Source: Octopus vulgaris (Eukaryota). Taken from it: 64,000 nucleotides of DNA. The stretch is from contig OX597821.1 in the NCBI GenBank assembly GCA_951406725.2, positions 24,242,001 to 24,306,000 on the forward strand. Reading direction: 5' to 3'. The notes under the pieces are model-generated. The model was not told the origin of the DNA. It did not search any database and saw only the letters and a program-made list of their open reading frames with translations. Positions 54,366 through 64,000 of the stretch are shown here, in pieces. The translations under genes and the position numbers were made by a program. Positions within the stretch are counted from its first letter, which is position 1. Each line of letters opens with the position of its first letter.

Positions 54366-55279
54366 ATATACATTCGTGTGTACACAACATCTTACATTTG
54401 ACTACGGCCTGCTGGAGAACCGGCTTCAGATAAAAGATGGGAATGCAAGAGAAAGTGAAAGAAAGGAAGAGATACAGATGTAGGAGAGATAGATCTTCTA
54501 GTGAAAGGAAGAGGGAGAAAGATGTGAGATAAAAGGCGAGAGAGAGAGAGAGAGAGTGAATGAGCGAGGGAAGGAAATTGCGGAGCTGAAGTTGGTTTGA
54601 AGCAGAGTAAAGGCGATACGCACACACATTAAACCAAAAACATACATGCAGCAAACATACTCACTCGCTGTAACACACTGACACACACACACACACACAC
54701 ACACATGAAATGGAAAGGGAGAGAGAGAGAGAAAGGAGAGGTAAGGAACAATAGATCGAAAGACAAAAGACTGCGGTGAGCTGTGAATATGGAGGTGAAG
54801 GGAGAAATAAATAGCGTACGGGAGGAAGTGGGAGGAAGAGAAAAGAGCAGTGGGAGTGAAAGTAACACATTTATGTATATATTTGTGTGCTTGCGTGTAC
54901 GCTTGTGTGTGTGTGTGTGTGTGTGTGTGCTGTGCTGTGTGTATGTGTGTGTGTAAATCGAGAAAAAAGTGGGGAAGAGAGTAGTGAAGGTGAGAGAGCA
55001 AGAAGGAGACAGAGAGAAGAGGAGGGAGAGAGAGGGTGGGAGAATGGAAGAGGGAGAGGGAAGATATTGTTGGTGGTGGGGTTGAGAAACGTGGCGTGTT
55101 TTTTTGCTTGTTTAAATTTAGGTAAACTGGCAAAGCAGTCGGGTTGGATGTGAGGCGGGTTACCTCTCGAAGCTCTACCGCTTACCATACGTTTTTGCCT
55201 CTAAACACGGGTGATGTGTGATGGCCATAAATAAATGTAGCGGTGAAAAAGAGGGATAATAAAAACTATGTGTGATAAT

Positions 55280-56440
55280 AATTCTTTCTATTCTAGCCTG
55301 ACCTTTTTGGCGTGATGGGATATGTAGGCGATTACCTCGATCTCAGTACTCGACTGTTAGTTATTTGAATCGACTTCAGAACGGATGAACGACAAAGTCA
55401 ACCACGGCAGAATTTGAACTCAGAACACGAAGACGGATGGAATGCTGCTACGCATTTTTTCCGGCGTGCTAACGGTTCTACCAGTTGGCCGCCTTAACCA
55501 TAATTAAAAGGTTTAAGATTTAGGCACGAGTCCACCAGTTTTAGGGGACGTGTCTAGTGGACTACAATGACCCCAGTGCTCTAACTCGTACTTATTTTTG
55601 TTAACCCTGAAAGGATAAAAGACGAAGTCGACCTCGGCAACCTTGCCTTCCAGCCTTTCGGGCTCTGTGCCCATAGTAAAAAGGATTGCAACGCCAGCAT
55701 GTTTCAGGGGAGAGGGGATAAGTCGATTTCATTGCCTTAACAACAACAATAATAATCTTTTCTACTATAGGCACAAGGCCTGAAATTTTTGGGGAGGCAT
55801 AAATCGATTACATTGACCCCAGAGTTTCAATGGTACTTAATTTATCGAGAAAGGATGAAAGGCAAAGATGACCTTGGCGGAATTTGAACTCAGAACACAG
55901 TGACGGGCGAAATACCTATTTCTTTACTACCCACAAGGGGCTAAACACAGAGAGGACAAACAATAATAAGGGTTTCTAATTTTGGTACAAGGTTAGTAAT
56001 TTTGGTGGTAGTTGTGGTGGTGTGTATGGTGGGGTAAGTCGATTACTTCGACCCCAGTTATGAAGGCGGCGAGCTGGCAGAATCGTTAGCACGCCGGGCG
56101 AAATGCGTAGCCGTATTTCGTCTGCCGCTACGTTCTGAGTTCAAATTCCGCCGAAGTCGACTTTGCCTTTCATCCTTTCGGGGTCGATAAATTAAGTACC
56201 AGTTACGCACTGGGGTCGATATAATCGACTTAATCCGTTTGTCTGTCCTTGTTTGTCCTCTCTCTGTTTAGCCCCGTGTGGGTAGTAAAGAAATAGATTA
56301 CTTCGACCCCAGTATTTGAGTGATACTTTATCGAGTCCGAAAGGATGAAAGACAAATTTAACCTCAGAGGGATATGAACGCAGAGTGCAAAGAGCCGGAA
56401 GAAATGCCAGTATTTTGTCTAACACTCCAACGATTCTGCT
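55280..56440. mobile_element. cluster of Meta-domain-like SINE copies (both strands; intact + copy at 56063-56295)
   Basis: Match to 41322-41560. Confidence 0.8.
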
Positions 56441-56839
56441 ATTTTGCTGCTGTAGTCACAACAATAGCGATAATAAGTAAATGGATCTCCGGCGGTCTCA
56501 ACGATAATCTTTCCTTCTCATTGAATATTCCACAGATACGTGTAACCTTAACTTAAGTCTGAAGTAGAATCAGTGGGACAAGGTGTGTAACATAAACAGG
56601 CATTTATATTACTTATAGTACAGTACACCCGACGGACTTCCGCTCATGTGCAAACTATCCAGTGTTACTCACAAGGCATTTTGGGCAGTGGATTAGCAGG
56701 TTTCTTGAAGCGTCGCAAAAAATAGATTTGTGGCAAATATTTAGTTGCGGTCTTGTATGTTTTGTGTTGAAATCGTGCCGAGGACAGCTTTGCCTTTTAT
56801 CCTGCAAAAGTTGGCAAACTAAAGCAATAGGTGAGTAAT

Positions 56840-57495
56840 AATGCCATAGAACAAGTTCGTGTGAGAATCGGCGACAACGAGGTGGACGACGTCGAAGTAT
56901 TTGTTTTCCTCGGGGTGACAGTCTAGAAAGATGGTGGGAGAACAGAGGATATAAAGAACAAGATATTCAAAGCCCGGAGAGCATTCTACAGTCTAACAAC
57001 AGTATGGAGAAACAAAGGTGTTGTTTGCAAAATGAAGCGGAAACTGTTTGAGACACTTGTCCGATCAGTATTACTGTATGGCTGTGAAAACTGAATAGTG
57101 ACAAGAATGGAAGGAAAAACAATGGACAACTTCCAAATTGCATGCTTAAGAAGAATATTTGACTGCAAAGAAACCAAAACGACACATTTGAAACGACAAC
57201 GGGCATCAACAGGGTCAGTGATGAAATAAGACGTAGGCGCTGGAACTGAATCGAACACGTCCTCGGGCAAGATCGAGAAAGTGATTGTATGGTGGCACTA
57301 AAGTGACAGCCTGAGGGGAAAGGGTAGCAGGATGCCTTAAAACCACATGGTGAAGGACCATTGACAAGGAAAGGGGACGAGAAGGGCAAAGAAGCTGTGA
57401 TGAGACCAGAACAATGGCAGAAAGGAGAGCTGATTGGAGAGATCGTTTGCGACACTTATATGGCACGGAATCGTGTTGCAGCCTCATGGCACGGA
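56840..57495 (+). mobile_element. RTE-clade LINE 3' fragment with (CTAA)n tail (57496-57730)
   Basis: EVDDVEVFVFLG..DGGRTEDIKNKIFKARRAF..LVRSVLLYGCE, followed by RRW.W..HVL-like motif. Confidence 0.8.
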
Positions 57496-57518
57496 AACTA
57501 ACTAACTAACTAACTAAA

Positions 57519-57552
<34 letters not shown>

Positions 57553-57617
57553 GCTAACTAACTAGCTAACTAACTAACTAACTAGCTAACTAACTAGCTA
57601 ACTGACTAACTAACTAG

Positions 57618-57652
<35 letters not shown>

Positions 57653-57653
57653 G

Positions 57654-57699
<46 letters not shown>

Positions 57700-58294
57700 G
57701 AGTGACTAACTGACTAATTAATTAATTGACTGTCAGACTGACTGGCTAACAAACTAATGAGGTTCATAAATTCGACTATGTCCTTCCCCATATTTGAAGC
57801 CTTGTGCCCATCTAAGAAATCAAGAATAGTGATGTCTAATCAGCGAGGTAGATAGCCAAGTGCGCCATCATGATAATATATGAAAATATGCTACTGTATT
57901 ATTATCATAAAAAATTTCGGAATGCGGAAGACCCTCTCCATTGATATGCCTACTACATAACTCAGTCACGCGCGCGTACGCATAATGGATCTTTGAGAAT
58001 TTCTGGCTATGATGATACAATTATTCGATCAACTGAACTACTAGGTTCAATAAATTAGTATGTAAGTGGCTGGGTATACTACAGGTGCATGTTCCTTAAA
58101 TGTAATTCTCTGGCGGAATCAGTATGACACAGTGTATGCCAAGGCTGGACTGTTGTATAATATGTACAATCTATATGACGGGCTTCTACTTAGTTTCCGT
58201 CTACACATTTCTATTTACACGGCCCTAGGTGGTAGAAAATGACACTTGCCCAAAATGTCTGTCTATAGTAGAAAGGATTATTATTATTATGGTG

Positions 58295-58720
58295 GCAAAG
58301 GGCAGATAACTGGCAGAAACGTTAGCACGCCGGGCGAAATGCGTAGCCGTATTTCGTCTGCCGTTACGTTCTGAGTTCAAATTCCGCCGAGGTCGACTTT
58401 GCCTTTCATCCTTTAGGGGTCGATAAATTAAGTACCAGTTACGCACTGGGGTCGATGTAATCGACTTAATCTGTTTGTCTGTCCTTGTTTGTCCCCTCTG
58501 TGCTTAGCCCCTTGTGGGTAGTAAAGAAATAGGTATTTCGACTGTCACTACGTTCTGAGTTCAAATTCCGCCGAGATCGACTTTGTCTTTCATCCTTTCG
58601 GGGTCGATTAAATAAGTACCAGTTATGCACTGGAGTCGATGTAATCGGCTTAATCCCTTTGCCTGTCTTGTTGTCCCCTCTATGTTTAGCCCCTATTGGG
58701 CAATAAAGAAATAAATTAAT
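58295..58720 (+). mobile_element. Meta-domain-like SINE dimer
   Basis: Match to 41322-41720. Confidence 0.88.
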
Positions 58721-59338
58721 GTAGCAAGCTGGCAGAATCGTTAACACTTTGAAAATAATGCTTCACAGCATTTCTTTAGATCTTGAGTTTCAAATTTCGT
58801 TTACTTTACCTGTCAGTGTTGAGAAGGTAGAGCCTTTTTTTAAAGCACAATATCTACACGCTATTATTTATAACATTATCTACTTCGAGTTCTACCGTTA
58901 AAAACGAATTATGTATAAATAGTAAGAAGTTTGCTTCCCAGCCACATGGTTTCAGGATCAGTCCCACTGCGTGGCGCCTTAGGCAAGTGTCTTCATCTAT
59001 AGCTTCGAGCTGACCAAAGTCTTGTGTATGGATTTGGTGGACGAAAACTGAAAGATATATGTATATATCCATTAGCGTGCGTCTTTGTCTTTATGTTTGT
59101 CCCCCACCAACGCTTAGTTGTTGGGGGACAAACATAGGTGTTGGTTTGTTTATGTTCCCCGTAACTTAGCGTTATGACAAAAAGAGACCGATTGAATAAA
59201 TACCAGGCTTCGAAAAAAATTATTATTGGAGTCAATTTCTTCTACTTCAAGGCGGCGCCATAGCATGGCTGTAGTCTTAATGATTGAAACTAGTAAAAGG
59301 TAAATGGTATGTATGTATATATGCACGTGTGTGTCTGT

Positions 59339-59375
<37 letters not shown>

Positions 59376-60009
59376 TATCTGATATACACATACACACGCG
59401 TATTTATACTTACATAAATATGTGCATACATGCATACATACATACATACATACATACATACATACATACATACATACATACATACATACATACATACATA
59501 CATACATACATACATACGTACGTACGTACATACATATTTGGATCCTGGGATATGCCACACACTACCTAAATACCAATCTTGAGAAATTAAGTTCCTCAAA
59601 ACCAGAAAGGGGAAAGCTAATTCGAAGACTACAGATTCAATCCCTCACTGGAACTGTAAAAATCTGTAAAATTTTCCAGAAGTTTATCATTTAAATATAT
59701 ATGAGCATGTCTAGATATGCAAATATATGCATGAGAATACATACATAAAAGAAACAAACAAATCTGCACATACACATACATACATACATACATACATACA
59801 TACATACATACATACATACACACATACATACATACATACATACATACATACATACATACATACATGCATGTACACATGCATACATACATACAAACAAAAA
59901 TACCTTGTTGTTGATGTTGAAATTCCAATAAAGGAGCCTTGGATCTAAGTTAGAAACCGGTTCTTTCTCCATTGGCAAGAAATCTCTTTATATATAAAGT
60001 TTATAATGC

Positions 60010-62395
60010 TTGTCTTCAACCCTTTCAGACGCGTCCACCACAACCTCTCTCGCCATAGCCATCAGACAGAGGAAAACTGCCTTCCCTTCCCTGCCAAAGG
60101 AAGGTGGCGGGGTGATCATCACGATGGACTCGGACGATAGTCGAATTTGTCCCACTCGTGACAACAGCTGTTCGACAAAGCTCCACAAGTCAGCAATGCC
60201 CGGGCACTATACGAGTGTGTGCAAGACGGTTTCATCTCTGTGCACATCTCTGACAGGACTGGCTGACCACACTTCCGTGCCTGTAGAGCTTTCTCGAACC
60301 GGCAGAGCCCCCCCCCCCGGTCCGAACGCTCTCCGGAACAGACAAGACAATTGATCATCCGCAACGCTCAGAGATTTCCCCAGAACGTCACCACTCTTGC
60401 CCTCTAATAATTCCCAATAGAACTCCATGGTGGAGCTTACACCGACAGCATTGACCGACTGGTTGAGAGTTGTGAGCACTTGGAGATACTCTAAGTGCCA
60501 AGCGCCCTCTCTCGGTCTCCGCTTGATCCAGGACTGTCGCTCCGTCAAAGAGATGGGCAGCGTGGAAGCGCGTTTAACAAACAACAACCACACCTGTTCA
60601 CCGATAAAGTATCGCTGGAGATGTCGCGGACTTAGCGCATACCTATGCATCATTAGCCACGGCATCCCCAGACCGCCACACAGCAGATACTGAATGCAAA
60701 TGAACCGTCTGACAAGTGGAACCTATCCTTTCCACAGAAAGTGGAAGAGCAAGTGCTCCATCTTAATCAACAACGAAGCAAGGAAAGGAACAGCGGTCAG
60801 GCGGTAATAGGTGACGGATGCGATGTACGCATTTGCCACCCCCACCAGCTCTTCAGGGACAGTTTTGTCTCGCCCCATTTCTAGGTGAGATTAGTCATCC
60901 TGTTTGTGACCTCTTCCCAGTTCTTGTTCACTTGGAGATCTGGACCAAACCAGACCCCGAGAAGTTTAACCGGTCCTTCCGTCCAGCGTCTAACAACAGT
61001 ATCGGTCGGTATGGACCTGCCCCTCCAGGCGCGGAGCTGCAGGCCCACTGACTTCTCCTGGTTAATCTTTGCTCCTTTCACCGCTTCTTATTCCTTTAGT
61101 GTAATACTAATCACCCTGATTTCCGAGACGTCCGGCACTATTATGTTGACGTCGTCCGCATAAGCCGACACCAAAACGCCGCATCTTAGTTCACGCAGGA
61201 TATCTCTAAAAAAATCCAGCTTCTGCAGTAATGGCTCGAGAGCCAGCACGTACAGAAGGGGCGAGAGTGGCATCCTTGATGAACCGAACGCGCGATGCTA
61301 AACGATTTCGAAAGGTGGCCATTAACTTTGGCCATCGAGAAGACGTCGCTAAACATTGCAGTGATCCAGCCTCTGAAAACGGGACCGAAACGAGCCGCCT
61401 TCAGGACAGCCGCCAAGTATTGACGGTCGACCCTATCGAAAGCTTTGGATTGATCCAAATTGATCAGGGCCCCATCCATGCCACATTTTTTACTTACCCT
61501 CTCTATGATATATCGCGTGAGGTTGAGGTTGTCATGGATAGATCTGTTTGGGATAGTGCATGTTTGCACATCATCGACCAATCTGGCGACGACAAGCGCC
61601 AACCTCTTCGCTAACACCTTGTTCAAAATCTTGTAATCTATGTTTATCAGAGTTACAGGCTTAAAGTTATCGATTACGTCCCCCTTGTCCGAGTCATTTC
61701 TCAACAGTATCATCACACCTCCGCTCACCGAACTGGGAATTCTCCTGTTCTGTTACCAATTACAGTAGACGTCTACCAAGAGCTCACTGAACAAGTCTGG
61801 CATATGAGTATAAAACATGAAGTGCAGACCATCCAAACCCGGAGACCTGTTCCTTGTGCAGCTAGATATCGCTTCAAGAATATCTGCGGCTGTTATCGGC
61901 ATTTCGCAGAACTCAGCATCCCTGGCCGAGAGCCGCGACAAGCCGTTGAGGTAGGAGGTGAAATCCAACTCCGTCTCCGTGCCGTCATGAGCCCCGTACA
62001 GTTCAGCGAAGTGGTGCTGAAAATTCCGCACACATCTGCTTGGACTCGTCTGTCATGCGCGCATTACGCAACGTCAAAGACTGGATTGTGGTTTTGTTTC
62101 CTCATTGTGCCTCAGCCATCCGGGCCCATCGAACGGCTTTTGTTACCTCATATTTTTGAGCACGTGCCCTAGCTCTGACAACACAACCTTCATGCTTGGC
62201 GTTGAAGAATTGGTCAAGTGCCAATCTGACCGCCAGCACGTCAGTCGCTATGCCTTTACTAACCGCCTCTTCTAGTTTCCTAAGTAGGTATCCCCCTACT
62301 CTAGACTTCTCTATCACTATTTCCTTACTAAACCCTAACACCTCAACTTTAATCACCCTTTTCAGACCTACCCACCATCGGTTATTGAAGACAGC
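60010..62395 (-). mobile_element. L1/Tx1-like LINE ORF2 fragment (RT), decayed
   Basis: RSPGLDGL, NFKPVTLINIDYKILNKVLAKRL, LDQSKAFDRV, PLSPLLYVLALEP, SAYADDV, GAKINQEKS. Same family as 26266-27716. Confidence 0.92.
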
Positions 62396-63499
62396 GAGAC
62401 CTGAAATTTGGAAGGAGGGGACTAATCGACTACATTGACCTCAGTGTTTCACTGGTACGTAATTTATTGACCTCCAAAGGATGAAAGGTAAAGTCGAATC
62501 GGCGGAATTTGAATTTAGAACGTAGCAACGGGCGAAATACTGCTAAGCATTTTGTCCAGCGTGCTAGCGATTCTGCCAGCTCGCCGCCCTATATCTTACT
62601 ATTACGGGTGTTATCTCCGTCTGACTGTTTCCTGTCTGTCTGTCTGTTTATTACTTCTTCACGGTCAGACAGCTGGAGCAATGGTCGCGATGTTTTTCGG
62701 GATTACGAAGGAGGTAATCAGGAAGGTTTTTAACGAAAAAATGTGAAAAAGTATGATTATTTAGTGGATATTTATACTAAGTCTGAATCTGTTTTTTTGA
62801 ACCCCCAAAGGTTCAACTCGCGCATTCACAGCAAACAAGACACAGGGCCAAACTTTAGATCGTGTAGGTATATTTTTACCCACTGCGATGTTTACACACG
62901 GCTAGTTATAACGTCACTATGAGTAGAGCAATGAACTCCAGGAATTTAAAAATTAGTGTCAACCAAACAGAAAATTTCGTCTTCAAAGAAGTTTTATAAT
63001 CATATTGATATTATCGAAAGGAATATGATTCATAATTTAAGTAAGGAAATTTGTGAACTTTGAATGTATAAGTGTATAAACAAGCGTAAAATAGTATAAA
63101 CAACGAAAATAAAAGTATATCTAAATAACATTTTTTTTCTTAATACTTTTTATGTAGTGGTCGAAGGATGCTCTGGCTTTCACTAGGAGTGGTCCACATA
63201 ACCATTCATGATACAGAAACTGGGAGCCTCTGTATCAGTTCGGGAGTGAATCCTCATCACACGTCACTTAGTCGCAAACACATGTCATATAACTGCAATT
63301 GAATGCTGTATCACCAACAATAATGATGAAGATTACACAGTAATTATACCCAGTAATCTATCAAGTACATTTGCATATTTCTCAATACATACTGCTGTTA
63401 TAACTTCCCTCGCTCATTTTATGCCTGCATCGTAGATGGGTAGATTTGTTAGTGGTGATGATGATGATAATGATGATGATGGTAATGATGATGATGATG

Positions 63500-63544
<45 letters not shown>

Positions 63545-63932
63545 GTTTCAAATTTTGCCTGAAATTTGGCGGGAGGAGGATACTCGATTACGTCGACCCC
63601 AGTTCTCAACTAGTACTTATTCTATCGAACCCGATAGGATAAAAGGCAAAGTTGACCTTGGCGGAATTTGAACTCAGAACGTAAAGACAGACGAAATACC
63701 TATTTCTTTACTACCCACAAGGGGCTAAAAACAGAGAGGGCAAACAATGACAGACAAACGGATTAAGTCGATTATATCGACCCCAGTGCGTAACTGGTAC
63801 TTATTTAATCGACCCCGAAAGGATGAAAGGCAAAGTCGACCTCGGCGGAATTTGAACTCAGAACGTAGCGGCAGACGAAATACCGCTAAGCATTTCGCCC
63901 GGCGTGCTAACGTTTCTGCCAGCTCGTTGCCT
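63545..63932 (-). mobile_element. Meta-domain-like SINE dimer after (TAA)n
   Basis: Reverse-complement match to 41322-41720. Confidence 0.88.
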
Positions 63933-64000
63933 CATCCATTACTAATAATGCAATCCATACAACACATACCCCTTATAATCATTACCTGACACAGGGGATA

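Noticed and set aside
54440-55100. Purine-rich stretch with long minus-strand ORFs
   Set aside because: Low-complexity GA/GT sequence giving L/S/F/P-rich pseudo-ORFs.
57496-57730. (CTAA)n tract as a telomere-like repeat
   Set aside because: A 4-bp unit directly following an RTE 3' end, so it is a LINE tail and not TTAGGG.

Overview
Eukaryotic, AT-rich, repeat-saturated 64 kb window. The SINE families and microsatellite load resemble an Octopus/cephalopod genome (inference from recalled repeat families). No host protein-coding gene can be supported. Nearly all listed ORFs are microsatellite read-throughs or decayed transposon ORFs. The window contains: Tc1/mariner DNA transposons (one full-length 1.28 kb mariner with TIRs and TA TSD, plus deleted derivatives); a TIR MITE; two non-autonomous Helitrons; L1/Tx1-like, R4/Dong-like (RLE), RTE and CR1-like LINE remnants; Penelope-like element (PLE) remnants including a GIY-YIG domain; and three abundant tRNA-derived SINE groups. 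The most notable signal, read by eye, is a dense set of self-cleaving ribozyme motifs. There are about 13 type-I hammerhead motifs from several distinct repeat families, including U3-A8, C4 and U6 core variants and inverted pairs. One intact canonical hammerhead sits inside a highly structured 353-bp partially tandem unit (candidate non-LTR retrozyme / circRNA source). An HDV-like fold lies at the 5' end of a short non-autonomous RTE derivative. All ribozyme calls are manual base-pairing assignments and are untested.
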